Source: the human T2T-CHM13v2.0 reference genome, Homo sapiens
DNA: 64,000 nucleotides
Assembly (NCBI RefSeq): GCF_009914755.1
Contig: NC_060925.1
Strand: one strand, 5' to 3'
Shown piece after piece: positions 1 through 17,400 of this stretch (the first letter of the stretch is position 1; the number at the start of each line of letters is the position of its first letter). A model generated the notes under the pieces. The model had not been told where the DNA came from and did not search any database. It worked only from the letters and a program-made list of their open reading frames with translations. The position numbers and the translations under genes are program-made.

Positions 1-905
1 AAGTCCCAAGTTAATGCTTTCAATTTTTTCTTCCATTTTTCTAATATGGACTCAATGAAATTACTACTACATTATTCATTATTCCTTGTAGTACAGTAAG
101 ACATGTCAGACTGCCACTGTCTCCTCTGTAACTTAAAGATGCTTTTAGTCTAACATCTGGATAGATTGTTTCCAACGTTAAGATTTGTTTTTCTTCTGTT
201 TCCATAGGAATGCCTCTTACTAAAAATCTGTTTGCCTTCATTACATGCAGAGGCCTAGCCTATCTGCAATGCCACCTCCTGGATGAGGCACAGCTATTCA
301 CCTAAACTGGTCCATTCTCAAGAACTAGACATGGCTTGGGACTACCTTCATGGGTACTCATACTTTCTGTAGCCTGCTAAATATATATTTAGCTAACCTG
401 TCATCATATCTGGTTACAATTGGCAGTGGGGACCCTGCATGATAATTAAGACCAACTGCTATATATACATCCCACATAATTTGGGAAATGTCTCAGATAG
501 CCCTGCAAGATGTGCACCAACAAATCAAAGCTATATCTGACCCCACATTGTCCCTAGACCAGTGGTTACTATCCAAATCTGGGTCAGGACCATCCTGGTG
601 GCAAAAGCTGCTTGTAACACTGGCCTTAATTGCAGGGATAGGCATATCCCTCTCTTGCGGTGTTTACTGCTATTGCACCCTCTGTGTGGGAATGCAAGAC
701 ACGCTTTCCCAGGGACTCTGGAGACCTTGCACCATATTGCTCCAACATAATCTGTAAGTCTGGGTACTCGTGAATATTTCCAACTCCAAGTAGACCTCTT
801 CCGTTCTGATTCCCAATGACTATGCCCCATTTTAGCAGGAAGTAGCCAGAATGAATATGGTGTCCAAATCCCATAAAAATGGAATTGAACTTGGCAGTGG
901 AGATT
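1..905 (+). mobile_element. ERV1 (MER4-group/MER101-like) internal 3' remnant ending in a purine-rich tract
   Basis: env TM remnant, gamma-ERV-like agcaggaagtagccagaa motif near 834-851, ggcagtggagat immediately before the LTR. Confidence 0.65.
436..757 (+). pseudogene. Decayed gamma-type env TM subunit
   Basis: Frame 1 from 436 reads CMIIKTNCYIYIPHNLGNVS (degenerate CX6CC); a frameshift leads into ORF 488..757 with a heptad, W-rich stretch, hydrophobic TM and Cys-rich tail. Confidence 0.75.
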
Positions 906-1033
906 CGTAACTGAGTAGTCCCATTTTTCTAAGATATACTTTAATTATTTTTTTTATGTGTTCTTATCTTTTCTTATCCTTTTTTAATCTGGTTCTCCAC
1001 TTCCTACTTAGCCCTTTAGAAATGCAAATATAG

Positions 1034-1691
<658 letters not shown>

Positions 1692-2274
1692 TTACCATTT
1701 ACCTCCCCATTCACCAGATACTCTCTACATGGCAAGTTCAACTATGTGCTCCAAGACAGAACTCTCAAGAGTTAACAGTCAATTTACAAACCAAAGCATG
1801 CCCTCTGTGGAACTCCCACTCACCAGGAGGTTATCTGGAGAGGTAACAGTCAAAAGCATACACCCACTACTCTCTCACTACCTAGTTACAACTTATCTCT
1901 GCCCACAGATGTCAACCCAACTGCTCAGAAGATAAGACACCAAGCTAGCTAACAGACACCCACCTTGCTCACTTCCTCCTCTGCCTTTTACAAGTGTCTG
2001 CTTTCTGCTCCAAAAGTAAAGATAGCTTTGGAATAAATCACTTTCATTATACTAGAACTTACTCTTGTTAATTGAACTTTGTGCAGCTAGCAACTGACCG
2101 GTGTTTCAGTCACAAGACCATATTATAACCTAAGAATTGGTAATAGCTTGCTTGTAGTTTCTAGCCCTCTGTAATGGACCAAGTTAGGGAGATAAAATAA
2201 ATATTATTTTAAAATCAACTTTATAAGATATAATTTATAAAAAATAAAATGTATCCATTTAAAGTGGATAGTTA

Positions 2275-2513
2275 GGCTGGGTGAGGTAATCCCAGCACTT
2301 TGGGAGGCCGAGGTGGGAGGACTGTTTGAGCTCAGGAGTTTGAGACTAGCCTGGACAACACAGGGGGACCTCATTTCTATAAAAAAAAAATTTTTTTTTA
2401 ATTTAGCCAGGTGTGGTGGTGCATGCCTGTAGTTCCAACTACAGCAGTTCAGGGCTGCAGTGAGCCATGTTCACAGCACTGCACTCCAGCCTAGGTGACA
2501 GTGTGGGACCCTA
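2275..2513 (+). mobile_element. Alu (J-like, internally deleted)
   Basis: Alu consensus fragments. Confidence 0.8.
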
Positions 2514-2904
2514 CAAACTGACTTCTACAAAGTCAGTTGGGATTTGGATAGGGATTATACTGAATCTGTATATCAGTTTGAGTATTGATCCATGAACACC
2601 AGATATTTTTCCAAATATTTAGATTTTCTTTTTTCAGTAATGCTCTGTAGTTTTCAGAGTACAAATTTTATACCTGTTTTGTTAAACTATTTCTATCCTA
2701 ATCTTTTTGATGGTATTGTAAATGAAATTATTTTCCTAATTCCATTTTCAGTTGGTTTATTGCAAGTGTGTAGAAATACAATTGATTTTTGTATATTGAT
2801 CTTGTATCCTGCAATCTCAAACTCATTTATTAGTTCTAATAGTTTTTAGTGGATTCTTTGGGATTTTCTAGATATAAGACCATGTCTGCCAAAACATAGT
2901 TTGA

Positions 2905-3200
<296 letters not shown>

Positions 3201-3856
3201 TGTTTTATCTTCTTTACTTGTTTTAAGTCAATTCAGATTGTCTGTTTCCTCAAGTCACTTTCAGTAGTTCATGTGTTTCTAAGAATTTATACATGTCATC
3301 TAGGTTATCTAATACAGTGTCATACAATTGTTCATTTTATTCTCATACTTTCATTTCTGTAATGTCTTAATCATTTCTGATTATAGTAATTTGAGTCTTC
3401 TTTTTCTTGGTCAGTCTAGCTAAATGTTTGTCACATTTGTTGATCTTTTCAAAGAACCAGCTTTGGTTTTCTTGGTTTTCTCTATTTTCTATTTCATTAA
3501 CTTCAGCTCTGATTTAGATTTCCTTCCTTCTGCTTGCTTTAGGTTTAATTTGCTCTTCTTTTTCCATTATCTTCAGATGGAATGTTAAGTTATTTTAACT
3601 CTTTCCTAACATAAGTATTTACGGCTATAAATTTCTCCGTAAGCTGGGCTTTAGCTGAAGTTCTGTTACGTTGTGTCTTCATTTTCATTCCTCTCAAAGT
3701 ATTTTCTGATTTTCCTTCATTTATTCTCTGACCCACTACTTAACTTAGGAGTATTTTGTTTAATAATCCACGTATTTCCAAGTTTCCCAAACTTCTTCCT
3801 GCTATTGATTTCTCATTTCATTCCATTGTGCTGGAGTACATACTTTGTATCATTTC

Positions 3857-4153
<297 letters not shown>

Positions 4154-4690
4154 GTATCGTTTCTATCTTTTTAAACTTATTGAGGTTTCACAGATTAACA
4201 TATAAGCCTATCCTAGAGAATGTTTCATTAGCACTTGAAAAGAATGTATATCCTCTTGTTTGTTGACAGTATTCCACAGATGTCTGTTAGGTAGTTGGTT
4301 TATTGTGTGGTTTAAGTCTTCTGTTTCCTTACTGATCTTCTGTCCGGTGGTTCTATCCATTATTGAAAGTGGGGTACTGAAGTCTCCAGCAATTATTATT
4401 GAAGTGTCAATTTCTCTGTTTCTGTCAGTGTTTGTGTCATGTATTTTGGTGCTCCATTATTAGGTGCATATATTTATAATTATTATATCTCTCTGAGGGA
4501 TTAATCTTATAAAATGTCCCTTCATATAATTTTTTGTTCTAAAATCCATTTTCTCTTAAAGTATATCCACTCTAATTTTCTATAGGTGCTATTTGCATAT
4601 TTTATTCTATCCTTTTACTTTCATCAATCTGTTTCTATTTTGAATCTAAACTGTGTCTCTTGTACATAGTATACAGTTGGATCAGGTTTT

Positions 4691-5447
4691 CAACATCACT
4701 AATGATCAGGGAAATGCAAATCAAAACCACAATGCGATACCACCTTACTCCTGCAAGAATGGCTACAATCAAAACAAAAAATAATAGATGTTGGCATGGA
4801 TGCAGTGAAAAGGGAACATTTCTACACTGCTGGTGGGAATGTAAACTAATACAATCATTATGGAAAACAGTGTGGAGATTCCTTAAAGAACTAAAAGTAG
4901 AACTACCATTTGATCCAGCAATCCCACTACTGGGTATCTACCCAAAGGAAAAGAAGTCATTATATGTAAAGATAGTTGCACATGCATGTTTACAGCAGCA
5001 CAATTCTCAACAGCAAAATACAGAACCAGCCCAAATTCCCATCAATCAACAAGTGGTTAAAGAAATTGTGATATACATATAATGGAATACTACTCAGCCA
5101 TAAAAAGGTATGAATTAATGGCATTTGCAGCAGCAACCTGAATGGAACTGGAAACTATTATTCTAAGTGAAATAATTCAGAATGGAAAACCAAACATCGT
5201 ATATTCTCACTCATAAGTGGGAGCTAAGCTATGAGGATGCAAAGGCATAAGAATACAATGAACTTTGGGGGCTTGGGGAAAGGGTGGGAGGGCGGTGAGA
5301 GATAAAAGACTACAAACTGGGTTCAGTGTATACTGCTTGGTGATGGGTGCACCAAAATCTCACAAATCACCACTAAAGGACTTACTCATGTTACCAAATA
5401 CCACCTGTTCCCTGATAACCTATGGAAATAAAAAATTTTAAAAAAAA
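4691..5447 (+). mobile_element. 5'-truncated L1PB (L1PB1-like) 3' end
   Basis: ORF 4660..5082 carries the L1 ORF2 C-terminus ([16 protein letters not shown]...CWWECKL); L1PB-type 3'UTR, AATAAA and A tail. Confidence 0.88.
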
Positions 5448-5592
5448 GTTTTCAGAAAATTCAGTCAGTCTTTTGATTGGATTGTTCAACCTATTCATAT
5501 TTAACATTACTGATTTGTTGGATTTATGTCCTTTTTTGTTTTCCATGTCTTACCAAGTTTTTTTGGTGACTATTTTCTAATGTAGTATTTTC

Positions 5593-5895
5593 ATTTATTT
5601 TTTTTTTATTTTTTGAGACAGAGTCTCACTCTGCCGCCCAGGCTGGAGTGCAATGGCGCGATCTCGGCTGACAACCTCTGCCTCCTGGGTTCAAGTGATT
5701 CTTCTGCCTCAGCCTCTCAAGTAGCTGGGACTACAGGTGCGCGCCACCACACCTGGCTAATTTTTGTAATTTTAGTACAGAGGGGGTGTCACTATATTGG
5801 CCAGGCTGGTCTCGAACTCCTGACCTAGTGATCTGCCCATCCATCTTGGCCTCCCAAAGTGCTGGGATTACAGACGTGAGCCATCGCACCTGGTC
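5593..5895 (-). mobile_element. AluS
   Basis: Alu consensus; TSD gtattttcattt. Confidence 0.9.
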
Positions 5896-5944
5896 GTATT
5901 TTCATTTCTTTAATAGTTTCTCATTACAAGAGAAACTTTGTTGA

Positions 5945-6250
5945 TTTTTTTTTTTTTTTTTGAGAGAGAGGGTCTTACTCTCTTGCCCAGGCTAGAGTGC
6001 AGTGGCATAATTATAGCTCACTGCAACCTCTAACTCACAGGCTCAGGTGATCCTCCTGCCTCAGCCTCTCAAGTAGTTGGGACTACAAGCACTCACCACC
6101 ACATCTGGCTAATTTTTACATTTTTGTAGAGACAAGTTCTCACTATGTTGCCCAGGCTGGTTGTGAACTCCTGGCCTCAAGTGATCCTCTCATCTCAGCC
6201 TCCCAAAGTGCTGAGGTTACAGGCATATAATCTCAGCCACTGCACAGTCC
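5945..6250 (-). mobile_element. AluJ
   Basis: Alu consensus. Confidence 0.87.
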
Positions 6251-7457
6251 TGAATTTTTAGGTCAATCTAGGCTTTACCATATGCATCTTTCAGAACTAG
6301 GCTAATTACATGCAAACATTGCTCTTATATATCTCTATTTTCATTTTCTCCTTTTTGTGATAGTTATACATATTAATATTACAAACTCAACAACACATTG
6401 CTATTATTACTTTACCAACTGCAGTTTCTCTAGCTCCGTACACCTTTGCTCTTTCCTGCTCATTTCCTTTGTACCATTATCAGAAAATTTCATAAACATT
6501 ACATTTTCATATTTATAGGGCCACTATTATATATAGTGTTTATATAATTTGTTTCTTCTTAAAATCAAGAGGAGATATTCATTTGTACTGTCCTATATAA
6601 TTACACAATTACCTTTACTGGTATGTATTCAAATTACTATCTGGAGTCCCTTGCTTTCAACCTGGAGTCCTCTTTTAGTATTTCTTGCAAGGCAAGTCTC
6701 CCAGCAACAAATTCTCTTTTTATCTGAGAAAGTCTGTGTTTCACCTTCAGTTTTGAAAGTAGTTTGCTGGATATAGAATTATTGGTTGACATTTTTTTTT
6801 TATTTTGAGCATTTTGAAAGTGATCTGCTACTTTCTGGCTTTGTTGTTTCTCCTAAAATGGTCAGCTGTTGATATTTCCTTGCGAGTAACAAGTTGCTTT
6901 TCTCTTGCTACTTTCAAGCTTTTCTCCTGTCTTTTAGCTTTTTTGTTTTTGTTAGGACATGTCTGTTTTTTAAACTCTTTGTGTTTATGCTACTTGGAAT
7001 TCATATAGGTTCCTGAATATGTAAGTTATTGTTTTACAAAAAATTTGGGAAAATTTTTAGCTGTCATTTCTTTGAATGTATTTTCAGCTCCCTTCTCTCT
7101 CCTCTTCTACTGAAACTCCTATGATGTGTATGTTGGTGTCCTTAAAGGTCACACATATTTCTCTGAGGCCATGTTCACTTTTAAAAAATTCTTTTTCCTC
7201 TAATCTCTATCAATCTTTCTTCAAGTTCATTTACTATTTCTTCTGCCAATTCTACTACTGAGCTTCTGTAATGAATTTTTTATTGCAGTTACTGTTCAAC
7301 TCCAGAATTTCTACTTAGTTCGGTATCTCTTTGATATTTGATATAATGTCATTGCACCTTCCTTTTCTTCTTCAATTATTGTTTCCTTTAATTCTGGGAA
7401 TGTTTTTAATGGCAACTTTCAAGTTTTTTCTCATAACTTGACATCCTGTCACTCTCA

Positions 7458-7854
<397 letters not shown>

Positions 7855-9125
7855 TAGCAACTCTGGATACCAGTCGTTCCCTTCTCATATCCCTGGGGTT
7901 TGTCACTGCTTAGTGACTGGCTATTTTAGTGTAGCCCCTCCCATCCACCAGTATTAAGCCTCTGTTGTTGCTCCTCAGGTTGTCATGACTGGGTATGCCC
8001 AGTCTCCTTGGGATGACAGTGTTTTTTTCTAGGCCCAGCTTACTCTATTCACGACCATGTCTAGCTGTTGATCTCCAGTAATTGCCAGCTCTACTGTTTT
8101 CAACAATGTTCTGAGTCATAAATTGCTCTACAAGCTAATTCTATCATATTGTAACTCCTTTGAAGAAAAGGTTTCACATTTGTTCTAATCCCAGGAGAGG
8201 TCCTGTGAGCTGTCTTATTCCCTGGTTCTCCTGCAAACTAGCTGGTCTACAGTTTATACAGATGTTGAATCTCTTCAGTTGCTTTTTACCACAACCTCTA
8301 GTGGTATGTCCTGAGATTTGAAATTATCTGTGCTGTGTTACAAATGAAGTCCCTTTGTTTTGGAAGACATTAGGGGTTAGTTATTTCATCTGGTTCAGTT
8401 CCCAGGTAAAATCTCTAAACCAGGGCATTGGAACTGTAACAATGGCAAGCTTCTGTGTGACACACCACCACCTCTATCTCCACCCTAGAAACTGAGTGCT
8501 TAGTGGAGGGGGTTGGGCAGCAGCCTGAAGCCTTCTCAGCTTAACTCTTCTGGCACAGAACTATCACCTCATGAGCCAGGGGAAAGATCATCTGTGTCCC
8601 AGTATTCTAAACATGCCACACCCAACGTAAAGCCTCTGGTGGCAAAGTGGGAGCTGAGTGGAAGATGTGAACCCATAATGTTCAACTGCACTCCCCTGGG
8701 TTTTAACCTCAGCAAAAGCAGCTGGGGGCAGACCAAGAATTGTTAACATCCTGCTTTTCCCAAGAAGAGGGTTCTCCAACTGGGAGGTGAGGAAAAGGGA
8801 GCCCTGTGTTCTTGGCTGCAGCAGTCTGGAGTCTCCACATTAATAAGCATAGAGGAAGCAAGGAAGCAATCTAGGTTTAAATATCACAAACTCCCATTTC
8901 CTACACAATTTTCGCATTTCCTTGAATAGCTGTTTTTCTCATCTGCTGTTTGCTCACAGGATCATTTACAGAGGCTTTACATAAATAAATAGCTTTATTT
9001 TACATGGTTATATTTTATTTTACATATATTTTGTTTTACATAAATAACTGGTGAAAATAATTATCACCAGTTTCCCTGAGGAGGGGGTAAGCACAGCTCT
9101 TCACACTATCACGCCAGTCATTCAG

Positions 9126-9632
9126 TTTTGTTTTTTTTTTTTTTTTTGACACAGTCTGGCTCTGTTGCCCAGGCTGGAGTGCAGTGGCGCCATCTCAGCT
9201 CACTGCAACCTCTGCCTCCTGAGTTTTCAAGCAATTCTCCTGCCTCAACCTCCCGAGTAGCTGGGACTACAGGCACCCACCACTACACCCGGTTAATTTT
9301 TGTATTTTTAGTAGACACAGGGATTCACCATGTTGACTAGGCTGGTGTTGAACTCCTGACCTCAAGTGATCCGCCCGCCTCAGCCTCTCAAAGTGCTGGG
9401 ATTACAGGCATGAGCCACTGTGCCCGGCCCAGTTTTCTTTTAACTCATAAAAATCAGTATCGTCATTTTTACATTTTTGTTTTTTAGAGATGGGATCTCA
9501 CTATGTTGCCCAGACTGGTCTTGAACTCCTAGCCTCAAGCGATCCTCCCACCTCGACACTACCAAAGTGATGGGATTACAGGCATGAGTTGCCACACCCA
9601 GCCTCATTATTAATTTACCCTCATTTACCATA

Positions 9633-9666
<34 letters not shown>

Positions 9667-9958
9667 TTTTTTTGAGACGGAGTTTTGCTCTTGTTGCCCA
9701 GGCTCTGGAGTGCAGTGGCGCAATTTCAGCTCACTGCAACTTCTGCCTCCTGGGTTCAAGCGATTCTACTGCTTTAGCCTCCCAAGTAGCCAGGATTACA
9801 AGCAAGCACCACTACGCCTGGCTAAATTTTGTACTTTTAGTAGAGATGAGGTTTCGCCATCTTGGCCAGGCTGGCCTCGAACTCCTGACCTCAGTTGATC
9901 CGCCCACCTTGGCCTCCCAAAGTGCTGGAATTACAGGTGTGAGCCACTGTGCCTGGCC
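9126..9958 (-). mobile_element. Alu cluster: AluS 9126-9429, monomer ~9466-9603, AluS 9631-9958 with (TA)n/T tail
   Basis: Alu consensus; TSD tcatttacca around the third element. Confidence 0.88.
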
Positions 9959-9969
9959 TCATTTACCAC

Positions 9970-12300
<2,331 letters not shown>

Positions 12301-13079
12301 GTTAGCTCTACGATGAGTTTAAAGATTTTCGCTTTTTAAAGAAATCTCACCCAGCATTTCAGGTATTTTGTACCATCAGGAGGGTTCTTCAGGGCATGCA
12401 GTCTGTCATACTGCCAGAAATGCATGCCCCTATGTAGTATTGCCTTTCCAGATCACTAACGGTAACATGTTCACAAATGAAAGACTGCTGATACATTTAC
12501 CACCAACTGAGGTAAGGTAATAAGAAAAGGGGATGCTTGAGACAAAATCTTCCATAAGATGTTCTATCCTACTAATTCATGTTTACATTTATTGTTCCCT
12601 AAAAGTCCGGAGCCTAATATGGGTGGTTGTTGAGTTTTGCAGTCTAAGGATCAATTAATATAGGATTACATTAATATTTAGGGCTGAGGATAGACCTGAA
12701 AGACTTGAGTTCCAGTATGAAAGCCTTTTCTTAGGTAGAAATTACATTTTGAACCTACCCTTTCATGACACAGAAGATATGAAAAAAGAAACAATATCTG
12801 TTGAGAATTTATTGTGTGTCAACCTTGTGCTATAAATGATCTCAATTCATCTCCATATTAATTTCATGAGCTGGATATGACTATCCTCATTTCACAAATA
12901 AGCCAAGTAAAACTGAGAAAAGTCATATTGGTAACACAAGGGTTCAACCCCAAATCTGGACAATGGCAGAACTTGTATTTTTTTCCACTATATAAAATCC
13001 TTCTAGAAGGGTAACAATTATGAATTCCCATTCTGATGTTTTACTTGGTTATTCAAGGCCTTAAGCTCTGTATAATTTT

Positions 13080-14410
13080 TTTAAAAACCATTTCTTGAAA
13101 AAATAGTCTATATTCAATCATTCCTTCTATGTCTCATTCACCTAACCCACTGTACACTTGTTGCTGCTCAAACTGGAACAGCTTTTATCAAGATCATCTA
13201 TAACTTCTATATTGTTAAATTCAATGGCCACTTCATCTTTACTTCAACACTTGACATCAGCAACACCCCCAACACCCCAACTTGAAATCTCTTTTTCATC
13301 TTCTATCATCACTCTCCTGGCTTTCCTAATCCACAGGAATCCTTTGTGTTTTCTTTTCCTAGTTCTTAAATATTGTTTCCTCTGCTGTTGTAACTATTCT
13401 GCTCTTCCCATTCTATAAATTTCCTAGACAGTATCATATTCTTATACTGCTTTAGTTACCACTTATACTAGTAGCTAAACTTAGATGTTTATGGCCACCA
13501 TGCACTAGACATATTCAGTGATGAATAAAAACAAATATGATACCTAACTGATGGATCTCACAGGCTCTATCTCCAGCCCAAGGGTTTCTCATGAGCACCA
13601 GAACCATAGAAACCTGCACCTTAATTTTCCATTAGTAGGTCACACTCAATACATCCCAAACTGAACTCACTCCCCTGCTTCCCTCATAACCTATTCCCTT
13701 CTCCTCCTCTTCCTAATTTTAATAGGTGCTAGCAACTCCATGGCTTCAATTACTGGTCCATTTTACTAAGTCTCTCAAGTTTGACTGCTATTCTCCCATT
13801 CTACTGCCAGATAGCTAATTAAGGGCTCACCTGAATTACTTAGAGCATACAATTGGGTCTCTACCTCTAATATTCTGCAGAACTCATTCTTCACTGCAAC
13901 AATGATCTTTCAAAAAGGCAAATCTGATTATTTCACCCCTCCAGTCCCCACCTTGCTTAAAATTCTTCAAGGACTCCTTGTTGGCCTCAGCGTAATTCCC
14001 AAACCCTTTAATATAACTTACAAGACTCTCTGCTTGAAGAGGACTCTGCTCAATTTTTGAGTGTAGTATTTTACCACTCCAACTTACACTGTTTCAGATT
14101 AACTTTCAGTTAATTAACTTTTCAGTTCCTGGAATACATACATGTTCTCTCTCACTCAGTCTTCTACATGTTGTATTCTCTTTTCACTCTCTCTTTTCCT
14201 TGTCCACTGTCCTTTTATGAGTGAAAGAAATTGCTTTCCTGGCAACAAAGTTTGGGTTAGATCCTTTCCTACGCATTACAATTATATTCTGTTAATCCCT
14301 ATCATAACATTGATTACTCTAACACAGAGTCTAAAGTCTGTGAAGGCAACGACTATATCTTCTTGTTCACTACTGTATCTTTGGTGCCTGGCACACAGTG
14401 TAAATTTTTA
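13080..14410 (+). mobile_element. L2 3' region, with a MIR-like fragment just upstream at ~12800-13000
   Basis: L2 motifs ccaaactgaactc, atctgattatttcacccct, gtgcctggcacacagt. Confidence 0.7.
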
Positions 14411-14479
14411 AAATGATTTAAAACTATGATTAAGTTTCAACTCACAGAAGAAGAAAAAAAGAAATTCATTTGAAAACTT

Positions 14480-17400
14480 TTTCAATTTTCTAATTTAATA
14501 GAAATAACCAAAACAATGTGGCTTTCAAACAAGGGTTTAAAACTAATCTAATACAACTTCTACAACACATTCCAGAGCATTATAACAAGAATTATTTACA
14601 GGCAGCTAATGTATTAAATAACCATGAAAAGAAAAAACTTGCTTTTATTACACACCAGCAAAAACACAGGAACGAAACAATTAGAAACTGCAACCTTGTT
14701 TTAAAAAATTAAATATGATTATTTAGAGAATACGATACCACAGAAACAGCACTTTTTAAGAATCATATTGAAGGGCAGTTAACTATGTGCAAAAATAATA
14801 GTACTAGTAGTAATAATAATAATGAGGGGAGGAGACCAATTGAAATACTGGAAGCAAGGAACTAGTAAGGCTGTGAATTTAACCCTTTCGTGTGTAGGTA
14901 TGTCTACATAAAAAATTAACAGGCTTTCAAATTGCACAAATCTTTTTTTATAGGCTTATGTATATGTTTCACTGTGTTTTAAAATGTAGTAGATGCCTAC
15001 ATTTTTCAGAACAAGGAGCAGACATGCATTCCATCCTTAAGATTGAAATTTAGGCCACACTTGAAAGGGAATATTGCAGTGGCACTTACAAAATCATTTT
15101 GGTGCCTTCCCACACATAAATTTGGTGAATTTAAAAGAGGAGCATTTTTAATTTTAAAGATCACTTTCTAGAAAAGGGCTAAACTTAACTTTGTACACTT
15201 TGTAGTTTGATATGACAAATATATCCAAATTAACTTATTTTTGAAGATAGTTTTGTTTCTTCGATACAATAAAAAATATATAAAGGACCACATAGGCAAA
15301 CACAAGGAACTAAGATGAAAGAAATGCTATACATGCATTTTGACCAAGTAAAAGAAACCATTATATTCAAGAGTACGTGTTGAATCTGAAATGTCTATGT
15401 AAACTGTGGCATATAAATTTTTTTCCTTAAAAAAGTACCTTCAATTTTTTTACTCAAACACTTACTTTTAAAAAAATATGCAACTTTCCCCAATTTTTAA
15501 AATAAAATGCCACAATATAGTGTCATTACTTCCAGCATACATTTAAATTTCTTAATTTTTAAAAGATAGACTGGGTGATATGCATACAAACTTTCCTATA
15601 AAATCACCATCCAGGAGAGGATTCTGACATGCTATTAGGCAACAGACTCAAAGCAGTGTTATTGCTTTATCAAGGAGGAGATTAACTGTGAGGGAAAAAA
15701 AATTAAATATCCAGGTCCGGTACATGATCAAACTGTATTACACCTTGAAAATCTTGAGTCACCTTCAGCAGATCATTAACATAGATGGTACAGAAATTAA
15801 GAATTCATGGTATGAATTAAGAATCTGTTTTAACTAAGGGAGTTGGGTGCGTGGATTTTTTATAAAACTACTCACTGATCCGATGCTGAGTATGCAAATA
15901 AGCAGTGCTGATTTTGACAAGAAATGAGATTTTTATATTTCACATGTTGTACATGAATGGGGGTGGATATGGGACGTAAAAGCCAAGGGAGACGGGGCCA
16001 CAGCATCTACTCCCATTTTGGATAGTAAGAGACCATTTAATAACATACAGTAGGCCACAATCCAAGGGCATAGTTGGAAGACCTGAATCTATTATCTTAT
16101 TAACACTAATCACTAATAATTACATGGCAGGATACCTGCTGAGGTAATTGATAAATCTACAATTTGCACACTTATAAACCTTTTACTTCTATTTAAAAGC
16201 ATTATTTATTTCAATTAACTAAAAATTCCAAAACTTATCACAAAAAATGAGACAACTGACTTAGCATTACCTAAAATTCCCTTATGTTAAGATACAGAAG
16301 TCAGAAAGTACCAACTTGTTGATCCAAAAATAATAATTTCAATAGTGGATCCAATGCCTTATCATTTCTCTGTAGTAATGGTTTGATGTTTCCATATAGA
16401 GCACGACCTACAATCTAACCATACTTTAGAACTTTCACATGCTTTGCCTCATAAAGCAATTCCTTCACTCAGTGAATTGGCTGAGCCAAGTGCTGAAAAC
16501 ACAAATTTAGGTCAGCGGAACAGACTGAGCAACACTTTGTTCTTAGTTTTCTGATGGAAGAAGTAAATTGAAGTACAGCAAAAACTTTAAAAGCTTTTAA
16601 GAAAACATTATTATGTGGACTTTTCTCCAAATCTTCTAAAATACTGCCATTTAAAAAACAAATACAAATGTGAGAGAGTATAAAAACAAACTGCCTTCAG
16701 GGACTGACAGATACAATTTTGTCTTTTTAAAACATAAACTAATAGGAAAACATATATCTAAATATCAATTTAAGTTTTTATACTTTTTAACCATAGGTAT
16801 ATTAGAGCTGAAAAAATCAGCTTAGAAACACAACGATCAGTGTGCAAGAAAAAAGCTTTAATAAAAAATCTAAAGTGAATACCTTAATTTAATGGTGGTA
16901 TGTTGATAGCTATTAATAGTAATTCCTCAGCAGTATAAATTATCTTAACAGAAGTGGAGGCTATTAAATGTTGACAAAAAAGTGGCTTTTAAATTGCTTT
17001 AACCAATCTTAAAACCAAAAAAACCTAAAAACTCTATCTAACATGTAATTTTAAGGAAACACAATTATTTTTTAAGGCCCCAAATACTGAAAAATATTTA
17101 CTTAAAATGTTTCTCCCCTCAGTTGGCAGAATCTATTTATGACTCATTATCTACAATTTTTTTAAAAGGATCCATTTGAAGAGCAATACAAAATATTAGA
17201 ACTCAAAGGCCTGACAAAATGAAGTTATACTGCTGCTATTCCTCACTTTCCAAAAATGTGCCCTTAGATATATGTCTACTTACAAACTGAAATCATGGAT
17301 TTTGTGAAAAAAGAGGGAAATTGGCATAGGCATAAGTATTTTTAAATAATTTTCTCCCTCTTATTAAAAAACATTTTTAGGAATTTAAAATTTGAGTAAA

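Noticed and set aside
4660-5082. 140-aa ORF
   Set aside because: L1 ORF2 C-terminal fragment in a truncated L1PB, not a gene
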